From contig DATHAQ010000047.1 of assembly GCA_035296565.1 (NCBI GenBank), forward strand, positions 1,027 to 65,026: 64,000 bases of DNA, read 5' to 3'. Positions 57,180 to 64,000 of the stretch are shown here, piece after piece (the stretch's first letter is position 1; each line of letters begins with the position of its first letter). Below the pieces are notes generated by a model. The model was not told the origin of the DNA. It did no database searches and was given only the letters and a program-made list of their open reading frames with translations. Source of the stretch: Thermoleophilaceae bacterium. Its GTDB lineage: Bacteria; Actinomycetota; Thermoleophilia; Solirubrobacterales; Thermoleophilaceae. Both the position numbers and the translations under genes were made by a program.

Positions 57180-57919
57180 GTCGTGAACAGCCGCGAGCGC
57201 ACGATCCCGCGCCGGTGCAGGACCAGGCGCGCCGCGCTGAGCAGGGTGTGGAGGCCGTACTTGACCGACGTCTTGAAGCCCACCGAGGACGCTTCCTCGA
57301 AGTAGCGCGAACGGGCCGGGACCTCGGCGATCCGAAAGCCCAGCTCCGACGCCTGCATGATCATCTGCGAGTCGAAGCCGAAGCCCAGCGAGTTGCGCAG
57401 GAAGGGCACGGTCAGCAGGAGCCGCCGCGAGTAGGCGCGGTAGCCGGTGTGCATCTCCGTCAGGTCCGTCCCGAGCACGGCATTCTCGATCGTGGTCAGG
57501 GCCCGGTTGGCCAGGAACTTCCACAGGGGCATGCCCTCCCTGCGGGCCAGCCCCGGCTCGGCGAAACGCGAGCCGAGCACCATGTCCGCCTCGCCCCGGA
57601 GGATCGGCTCCACGAGCTCGGGGATCAGCGCGGGCTCATACTGGCCGTCGGGGTGGAGCATCACCACCACGTCGGCGTCGCGCTGAAGGGCCTCGAGGTA
57701 GCACGTCTTCTGGTTGCCCCCGTAGCCGACGTTGTGCGGGTGCCAGATCAGGTGCACCGGCAGGCTGCGGGCCAGCTGTACGGTCTCGTCGGTCGACCTG
57801 TCGTCGACGATGATCACCTCGTCGACCTCGGGTATGGCCGAGACCGTGCTCTCCAGCGTGCGCGCGGCGTTGAGCGCGGGCATCACGACGACCACCTTCG
57901 CGGTCTCCAGCCGGCTCAT
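57176..57919 (-). CDS. GT2 family glycosyltransferase (DPM1/GtrB-like polyprenyl-phosphate glycosyltransferase)
   Basis: VVVMPALNAA, IIVDDRSTDET, MLHPDGQYEP, GSRF... The ATG 57919 overlaps the upstream stop (ATGA). Confidence 0.9.
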   Translation of the reverse strand: MSRLETAKVVVVMPALNAARTLESTVSAIPEVDEVIIVDDRSTDETVQLARSLPVHLIWHPHNVGYGGNQKTCYLEALQRDADVVVMLHPDGQYEPALIPELVEPILRGEADMVLGSRFAEPGLARREGMPLWKFLANRALTTIENAVLGTDLTEMHTGYRAYSRRLLLTVPFLRNSLGFGFDSQMIMQASELGFRIAEVPARSRYFEEASSVGFKTSVKYGLHTLLSAARLVLHRRGIVRSRLFTT

Positions 57920-58827
57920 GCCCTCGCCTCGATGTAGACCGTGCCGCCGCGCCCGAGCAGCGCCTCGATGGAGCCGGCCGCCACGGCGAGCGGCCACATG
58001 ACCGCGGCCGCGCCGAGAGCCGCCGCGCGGCGAGGGCCGCTCAATGTGGTACGCCGCGCCTCGGGCCGGCGGATCGCGTCGTAGAGGTCCGGGTGCCCGG
58101 GAAGCAGCCCCACCAGGCCGTACAGCCAGCCGAACACGACCTGACCGCCGCGCAGCGGGCTCTCGCGCTCGACCTCGAGCCCGAGCTCCTTCAGCGATGC
58201 CCGCAGCGCGCTCGCCGGGATGTGCACGAGGTGCCTGGGGAAGTCCAGCGCGAACCAGCGCCCCCCGAACACCGCAGCCTGCAGGCTCTCCGCGTTGGGC
58301 ACCGCCACCACCAAGATGCCGCCGGGCGCCAGCAGTCGAGAGGCCGCCCGCAGGGCCTCGCCGGGCTCGCGCAGGTGCTCCAGCGAATGCCAGAACACGA
58401 CCGCCGACCACACTCCGTCCGTCTCCTGGACGGTGCTCTCCCGCACGTCGGGGCGCGAGGAGCGGCGCTCCAGCCCGGTCGCATCGCGGCCCCGCGCGCG
58501 CAGCGCGTCCAGCAAGGCCCCGTCTCCTGCGCCGACGTCGAGCACCGGGCCCGGCGGCGCGCGCTGGTCAAGGTGCACCGCCAGGCGGGCGCGGGTGCGG
58601 CGCAGCAGCCGGTCGCCCACGCCGGAGAAGCGGCCGCTCTGCGGCCTGTACCAGCCGGCGTAGGCGCGCGCGAGGTCGGCGTCGGAGGGCCACGGGTCGG
58701 TCGTCGCGACCCCGCAGCCGCGGCAGCGCAGGCGACCGGGAAGGCCGTCCGAGCCCTCGCCGAAAGCGCGACCGCACCAGGCGCAGGCGACCGGCGGAGC
58801 CGTGGGGGCGATCGTGTCCGCGACCAT
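57916..58827 (-). CDS. Class I SAM-dependent methyltransferase with N-terminal zinc ribbon
   Basis: ATG 58827. CAWCGR...CRGCG, motif I VLDVGAGDG, then VVFWHSLEHLREP. Confidence 0.8.
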   Translation of the reverse strand: MVADTIAPTAPPVACAWCGRAFGEGSDGLPGRLRCRGCGVATTDPWPSDADLARAYAGWYRPQSGRFSGVGDRLLRRTRARLAVHLDQRAPPGPVLDVGAGDGALLDALRARGRDATGLERRSSRPDVRESTVQETDGVWSAVVFWHSLEHLREPGEALRAASRLLAPGGILVVAVPNAESLQAAVFGGRWFALDFPRHLVHIPASALRASLKELGLEVERESPLRGGQVVFGWLYGLVGLLPGHPDLYDAIRRPEARRTTLSGPRRAAALGAAAVMWPLAVAAGSIEALLGRGGTVYIEARA

Positions 58828-60799
58828 CACAGGCGGCAAGGGTAGTTTCGTGTCCCTGGTCGCCCCGTCAGTCCTCCTCTCGGCCGCGCTGCTGGTGGCC
58901 TGCGTCCTCGCGCTCTTCGACGCCTCCGTCCGACTGGCGTCGGCGGCCGCGCCCCGCGGCCTCGAGCGGCTGGTCGGCGCTGCGGTGATCGCCGGCGCCA
59001 TGCTCGCCCTGCACGCCCTTTTGCTCGGCCTGGTGGGCCTGGGCGGCTCGGCGCCCGCCCTGGGGCTGGCGGCGCTGGCCACCCTGCTCGCCGCCCGGGC
59101 GCTCCTCCCCCGGCCCGAGGTCCCTCCCGGCGGCGAGCTCGCCGCGTGGTGGCGAGAGCTAGAGGTCCCGGCGCGGGTCGGCAGCGCCGCTGCCGCCGGC
59201 GCCTGGCTGCTCTACATCGCCTGGCTGATCCGCTGGCCGAGCCTCGGCCTGGACGGGGTCGTCTACCACCTGACCGAGTCGGTCGTGTGGGCCCAGCAGG
59301 GACGTCCGGGCTCGATCGAGCTCGCGACCTACGAGTTCCCCGTCGGCAACTACCCAGTGCTGTCCGAGGTGATGGTCGGCTGGTCGAACGCAGTGGCCCG
59401 CTCACTCCCCCAGGCTGTGGTCTGGGCACCGGCGATGCTCGGTCTCGCCCTGCTGTCCGGCTGGCTCGGGCTGCGTGAGCTGCGCGTGCCCCGGCCGGCG
59501 GCGGCGGCCGCGCTTGCGGCCGTCGCGCTGACGCCCATCGCCATCGACGGTCTGCGGGGGCCCAGCACCGACATTGCCGCGCTGGGATGGCTGGTGAGCG
59601 CCGCCGCGCTCGCTGTCGTCGCCCGGCGGCGTCCCGCCCTCCTGGCCCCTGCCCTGCTCGCCGCGGCCATGGCGGTCGGGGTGAAGACCACGGCCCTCCC
59701 TTACGCCGCGGCCATCGTGGCCTGGGGGCTTCTGGCCGCCCGGGGCGAGATCCGGCGGCTCGCCGTGCCGCTCGGCGCTGCCGCAGCGGCGGGCGCGGTC
59801 CTGGGCGGCTTCTGGTACGCCCGCAACCTGGTCGACCACGGGTCACCCTTCTGGCCCTTCGTCGCGGCTCCCTGGGGCGACCCGGTGCCCGAGTACCTCG
59901 CCCGCTTCGACAGCTCCTTCCTCCAGAGCCCCGTCGGCACGCTCGAGGGCCGGGTCGGCGAGTACCTCTCCTTCGTCGGAGGAGTGCCCCTGCTCCTCGC
60001 GGGCGCGCTGGGCGCGGCAATCGCAGCCCGCTCCCGGGCGACCGGCGTCGCGGCGCTCGTGACCGTGGCGGGAGGTATCGCGTGGGCGGCCTCGCCCTAC
60101 ACGGGGCGGTCGTCGCTCAGCCGGCTCTTCGACCTGTCGCTCTCCACCACCCGCTACCTCCTGCCCGTGGTCGCCGCCGGAGCGCTCACGGTCGCGCTGG
60201 CGGCCCGGCGCGGGCGCCGCGAGGAGGTGATCGCGACGGTGTTCCTGACCGCCTGCGCGGCGTGGAGCCTGGGGGCGGCGATCGCCCTGGGCTTTCCCCG
60301 CTCCCCTCCGGGGTGGCTGTTCGTGGCGGGACCCGCGGCCGGAGCGGCGACAGCGGCGGTCGTCGGACTGTTTCCCCGCCTTCGCCTTCCCTCGCCGACG
60401 GCGCTCGCCGCCGGAGCCGTGGCCGCGACGCTCGGACTGGCGCTCCCCGCGCCGGGCTTCCTGTCGCGCTACGCCGACACGGGCGGCTTCGGCAGCCCGG
60501 TGGCCCGGTGGCTGGACTCCCGCGACGACTTCCGCGACGGGTCGCGGCCGGTGGCCTTCGCCCCTGCGCCGGTCAGCGTCCTCGCCGGCCCCCGCCTGCG
60601 CCACCGGCTCGAGGTGATCCCCGCCAGGGAGAGCTGCACCCGCGTGCGCGCCCGAGCCCGGCGCGGCTACGTGGTGCTGCGGCGCTTCGAGTTCGAGCGG
60701 CAGCTCACCCGCTTCACCGCCGACGAGTGCCTAGCCGGGCTGCGCCCTGCTTTCGACCACGGCGGAGAGTGGCGCGTCTACACGCTCGCCCCCGGCTGA
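58802..60799 (+). CDS. Polytopic membrane protein, GT-C-like candidate (paralog of 53033-54994); start uncertain (GTG 58802 or 58850)
   Basis: SLGLDGVVYH, GVKTTAL, YARNLVDHGSPFWPFVAAPWGDPVP, TTRYLLP. The 3' end overlaps the convergent gene by 69 nt. Confidence 0.55.
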   Translation: MGAIVSATITGGKGSFVSLVAPSVLLSAALLVACVLALFDASVRLASAAAPRGLERLVGAAVIAGAMLALHALLLGLVGLGGSAPALGLAALATLLAARALLPRPEVPPGGELAAWWRELEVPARVGSAAAAGAWLLYIAWLIRWPSLGLDGVVYHLTESVVWAQQGRPGSIELATYEFPVGNYPVLSEVMVGWSNAVARSLPQAVVWAPAMLGLALLSGWLGLRELRVPRPAAAAALAAVALTPIAIDGLRGPSTDIAALGWLVSAAALAVVARRRPALLAPALLAAAMAVGVKTTALPYAAAIVAWGLLAARGEIRRLAVPLGAAAAAGAVLGGFWYARNLVDHGSPFWPFVAAPWGDPVPEYLARFDSSFLQSPVGTLEGRVGEYLSFVGGVPLLLAGALGAAIAARSRATGVAALVTVAGGIAWAASPYTGRSSLSRLFDLSLSTTRYLLPVVAAGALTVALAARRGRREEVIATVFLTACAAWSLGAAIALGFPRSPPGWLFVAGPAAGAATAAVVGLFPRLRLPSPTALAAGAVAATLGLALPAPGFLSRYADTGGFGSPVARWLDSRDDFRDGSRPVAFAPAPVSVLAGPRLRHRLEVIPARESCTRVRARARRGYVVLRRFEFERQLTRFTADECLAGLRPAFDHGGEWRVYTLAPG

Positions 60800-63139
60800 G
60801 TCGGGCCGGGGGGACTCCTCCGGCGGCACCCAGCGGCCCAGCACGGCGTGGGCCAGCGCGCCCGCGTAACACAGCACCGCCAGCCCGGCTGCCCACGGAT
60901 AGCCGAGGTTGATCGCGACCGCGATGGCGAGCACCGACCCCACCACCGACGCGACCCCGTTGACCCCCCAGGCCCAGGCCACGCCCTCGGGGTAGAGCCC
61001 CTGCAGGCGCCGGAGCCCGATCGGCATCGCGAAGCCCAGCGCCGCTCCCACCGGGGCGAGCAGGACCACCGTGCAGAGGATGCGCAGCGCGAAGGGGATA
61101 TCGATGAGCGCGTCCAGCAGCGGCCTGAGGCCCCAGATGCTCGCCGCGATCGCCATACAGCCGAAGGCAAGCGCGCCGATCAGCCGCGTCCGATCCGGAG
61201 ACCCTCCCCGGCCCGACAGCCAGGCTCCGGCGCCCGTGGAAACCAGCAGGGTGAAGAGCACCACCGACAAGGCATAGGTGGGGAAGCCGAGGAAGAGGAC
61301 GAAGCGCTGGATCAGGACCACCTCCAGGACGAGGAAGCCGAGCCCGATCGCGACGAAGAAGAGCAGCGAACCGACGTCGGGCCTGGTCCGGGCCGGCACC
61401 ATCGCCAGCGGGAGGGCAAACAGGAAGCTCGCGAGGACGAGGAGGATCCCGAGCGTGATCAGGAGAATGAGCATCGGATCGGGCACGCCGAGCTCCGATG
61501 ACGTCGCCTCGCTGCCGAGGTCGCCGAGCCGCTTCATGTGAAAGAAGAAGGGTTTGTCGTCGGTCGGCGGGCAGACGTTGACCTCGTACCCGCCGCAGAA
61601 GGCGTCGAGGCTCGGCGCCGAGGCCAGGCCCCGCCACTCCTCGCGGTAGGGGCCTCCGGGGGCGAAGGCGAGCCCCCCTCCCCGGTCGGCCGCCAGGCGA
61701 CGGATGCGGCTGTGCTCGGCCGCCGTGAAGGGCTTGAGCTTGGCCAGGACCGTGCCGTAGGGGATAGCCCGGAACGGGCCCTTGTAGTAGCCGCGCAGCA
61801 CCACCACGTGGCGCTCGGGGTCCTTTATGCCGCGGCGCCGCAGCGCGTCGAGGGTCAGCACCGTCACTCGGATCGCCTCGTCGCCCAGATGCCGCTGCGG
61901 GCGCGAGACGTTCAGCACGCCGTCGGGCTTGAGGTGGTCGAAGTACTCGTCGAAGGCCTCGATGGTGTAGAGGTTGTTCTCGGTCAGCGCGAAGGCCTGC
62001 GCCGAGCTGGGACTGAAGGTGTCGGTGAACCCGATGTGGACCTGGTCGTAGAGCCGCCCGCTCTCGCTCAAGCGCGAGCGGCCGTCACCGATCCTGGTGT
62101 GCACCCGGGGCAGCGCGTAGGGCCCGCCCGAGAACCAGCGCAGGTCGTCGTCGACCACCTTGCGGATGCCGCGGTTGAGCTCGATCACGTCGACCCTGCG
62201 TTGCTTCTCGCTGAGCGCGTTGAGGATGTCGCGGCCGCCGCCACCGCCGATGACCAGCGCGTCCCCCGGGCCGGTCAGCTGGTAGCCGATGCTCTGAGGC
62301 CCCTCCTGGAGGCGGCGCCAGTCCGGGATCCGGTCGCGACGGGCGGGGATGATCTCGCCGAGCACGCGGTCGTAGACCACGATCCCGTTGCTCTGGGGCC
62401 GTCGCTCGTTGGGCCGGGGCACGAAGCCCTGCACGCGGCTGAGCGGAGTCCAGCGCTCCACGTCGGGCTCTCGCCCGTCGGGCCGAAGCTGGAAGACCTC
62501 CTCGACCCCGGGCACCACCGCCAGCGCCACGGCGACGACGGCGAGCCCCGCCCCGAGCCGGGCCTCGCGCAGCGATGGGCCGGCGACGAGCGCCGCGGCG
62601 GCCCCGACCAGGACCGCCAGCAGGACCACGAGGCGCGGAGCGTCGAGCAGCCACATCGGCGGCACCACCGCGAGCGCGCCGATTCCGGCTCCCGCCAGGT
62701 CGTAGGCGTAGACCCTTCCGATCGACTGCACGTACGCCCGGACGGCGAGCGCGATGGCGATGCCCGCGGCAAGGAATGCCGCCCCGGCGAGGACCGACGG
62801 GACGGCCAGCGTGAAGATGAAGCCGAGCGTCACGCCCTCGAAGCGGAAGTTCAGGCGGGCGGTGGCCGCCATGAGGACGAGCAGGAGGCCTCCGTAGGCC
62901 AGCGCGGCCCGGGCCATCGCCTGCTGGAGCGGCACGCGCTCGAACCAGGCCGGCCGGACGTAGATCAGGATCGCGCCGCCTCCCACGCCCAGCAGCGCCA
63001 GCGAGATCGCCAGGAAGCCGAAGTGGTAGAAGAGCACGGCGGCGAAGACCCGGGTCAGGAGTACCTGGAGCGCCAGGGTCGAGCCGGCGATGAGCCCGAC
63101 CGCGATGAGCAGCCTCAGGGGCGGTCGGCCGGCCAGCAT
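60731..63139 (-). CDS. Membrane-embedded spermidine-synthase-like (class I MTase-fold) fusion protein
   Basis: 802 aa. About 7 N-terminal TM helices, a central soluble domain with ALVIGGGGGRDILNAL ... VDVIELN ... DQVHIGFTD, then about 5 C-terminal TM helices. Confidence 0.8.
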   Translation of the reverse strand: MLAGRPPLRLLIAVGLIAGSTLALQVLLTRVFAAVLFYHFGFLAISLALLGVGGGAILIYVRPAWFERVPLQQAMARAALAYGGLLLVLMAATARLNFRFEGVTLGFIFTLAVPSVLAGAAFLAAGIAIALAVRAYVQSIGRVYAYDLAGAGIGALAVVPPMWLLDAPRLVVLLAVLVGAAAALVAGPSLREARLGAGLAVVAVALAVVPGVEEVFQLRPDGREPDVERWTPLSRVQGFVPRPNERRPQSNGIVVYDRVLGEIIPARRDRIPDWRRLQEGPQSIGYQLTGPGDALVIGGGGGRDILNALSEKQRRVDVIELNRGIRKVVDDDLRWFSGGPYALPRVHTRIGDGRSRLSESGRLYDQVHIGFTDTFSPSSAQAFALTENNLYTIEAFDEYFDHLKPDGVLNVSRPQRHLGDEAIRVTVLTLDALRRRGIKDPERHVVVLRGYYKGPFRAIPYGTVLAKLKPFTAAEHSRIRRLAADRGGGLAFAPGGPYREEWRGLASAPSLDAFCGGYEVNVCPPTDDKPFFFHMKRLGDLGSEATSSELGVPDPMLILLITLGILLVLASFLFALPLAMVPARTRPDVGSLLFFVAIGLGFLVLEVVLIQRFVLFLGFPTYALSVVLFTLLVSTGAGAWLSGRGGSPDRTRLIGALAFGCMAIAASIWGLRPLLDALIDIPFALRILCTVVLLAPVGAALGFAMPIGLRRLQGLYPEGVAWAWGVNGVASVVGSVLAIAVAINLGYPWAAGLAVLCYAGALAHAVLGRWVPPEESPRPDSAGGERVDAPLSAVVESRAQPG

Positions 63140-63283
63140 CGGACCTAGCGTAGAGAGGAGATTTGGCGCCCCTGCCAGCCCCCGCGGCGGGGTCTAGCGG
63201 GTCGGACGGGGCGTTCCCCAGGCGTCGCAGCGGGCCACCATCGGCGCGAGGCAGCCCCAGCACCCGTCCTAGACTGCTCCGCC

Positions 63284-63748
63284 GTGGCGCGGCTCTTGGT
63301 CATTCTCATTGCCGCTGCAGTCGTGGCGCTGCTGGCGGCTCAATTTCGGGCAGACCGCCACGAGCACCGCGCGGCCGAGGCGGTCGACCTCGCGGCCAAA
63401 GGCAGGGCCTCGCCCGAGGCGGTGACACAGGGCCTGGACGACCTCAGGAAGGCGCGTCGCTTCTATGCGGACGGATCGGCGCTTCGCCACGAAGCCGCAT
63501 TGCTGCTGTTCGCGGGTCGCTTCGACCGGGCGCACACCGCGGCCCGGCAGCTGGTAGACATGGAGCCCGAAAACTTCGACGGCTGGGTGGCGGTCAACCT
63601 CGCCTACCCCGACCGAGGCGGTCCCCAGGCCCGCCTCGCACGCGCCCGCGCACTTCAGCTCAACCCTCTCGGAGCCTCGAGCATCACCGCGCTGGAGACG
63701 CAGCCGGTCCTCCAGCAGGCCTATCGGCGCGCGCGCCGCTCTCCCTGA
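63284..63748 (+). CDS. Membrane-anchored hypothetical protein (TPR-like helical)
   Basis: GTG start, N-terminal TM LLVILIAAAVVALLAA, then a helical Ala/Leu/Arg-rich region. No family recognised. Confidence 0.5.
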   Translation: MARLLVILIAAAVVALLAAQFRADRHEHRAAEAVDLAAKGRASPEAVTQGLDDLRKARRFYADGSALRHEAALLLFAGRFDRAHTAARQLVDMEPENFDGWVAVNLAYPDRGGPQARLARARALQLNPLGASSITALETQPVLQQAYRRARRSP

Positions 63749-63750
63749 AG

Positions 63751-64000
63751 GTGGCGCGGCCGCAGCACCGAGGCAGCTCGAGCGCGGTCGCGACGCTCCG
63801 CAGGAACGCACGAAGAGCGGGTCGCGAGGCCGTGCGTCGGGGCACCGCCACGGTTGCCGCCGATTGCGCGCGCTGGGCGCTCGGCTTCCTCCTCGGGCGC
63901 CACCTGCGACCCGTGCGCTTCCGCCTGGGAGGCAGCGAGTACACAGCTCTGCACCACCGTCACCTGTTCACCTGGCTCAACGAACGGGCGGTCGAGGTGC
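63751..64000 (+). CDS. Hypothetical protein, 5' fragment running off the window
   Basis: The frame is open from GTG 63751 to the window end. The segment ...RFRLGGSEYTALHHRHLFTWLNERAVEV resembles N-termini of some polysaccharide-locus methyltransferases. Very tentative. Confidence 0.3.
   Translation, partial: MARPQHRGSSSAVATLRRNARRAGREAVRRGTATVAADCARWALGFLLGRHLRPVRFRLGGSEYTALHHRHLFTWLNERAVEV

Overview
High-G+C, Actinomycetota-like chromosomal window (G+C judged by eye, not computed), almost entirely coding, about 65 genes. No rRNA, tRNA, CRISPR array, transposase, integrase or recognisable phage or defence gene was seen. Two deeply conserved housekeeping blocks are present. The first is comFC-hpf-secA-prfB, where prfB needs a programmed +1 frameshift at CTT TGA C and starts inside the secA 3' end. 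The second is ftsE-ftsX-ctp(S41)-rnr-(exported ORF)-smpB-(P450), followed by ssrA. The tmRNA gene is invisible to the ORF track; I placed it on the minus strand at 15959-16329 with predicted tag ADSDHEFALAA. Other content: a MarR-controlled ABC-2 exporter, a frameshifted DoxX gene, two CPA1 Na+/H+ antiporters, a group-1/2-like sigma factor that may be leaderless, an AKR, a Cys-type sulfatase, a UdgX-like family-4 uracil-DNA glycosylase carrying the RRIH loop, nadC-nadA, an ECF sigma factor fused to a membrane anchor and a long Ser/Gly/Asp tail, and tandem long-form and short-form SAH hydrolase genes behind a MerR gene with a 26-bp palindrome. About 24 kb is an envelope-glycan locus: PMI, NDP-sugar pyrophosphorylases, Ugd, an LCP ligase, two DPM1-like GT2s, a GT4, a Wzx-like flippase, three class-I methyltransferases, four GT-C-like polytopic proteins including a paralogous pair, and a membrane-embedded spermidine-synthase-like fusion. 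The least explained signal is an unclassified family of roughly 70-120-nt intergenic repeats with the palindromic core TCAGCCGGCTGA. There are five copies, all in one orientation. Three sit in tandem and fill the 519-nt prfB-nadC spacer. Each first copy lies just 3' of a minus-strand gene and reads as a hairpin plus U-tract on that strand. All functional calls come from motif recognition by eye; no database search was possible.
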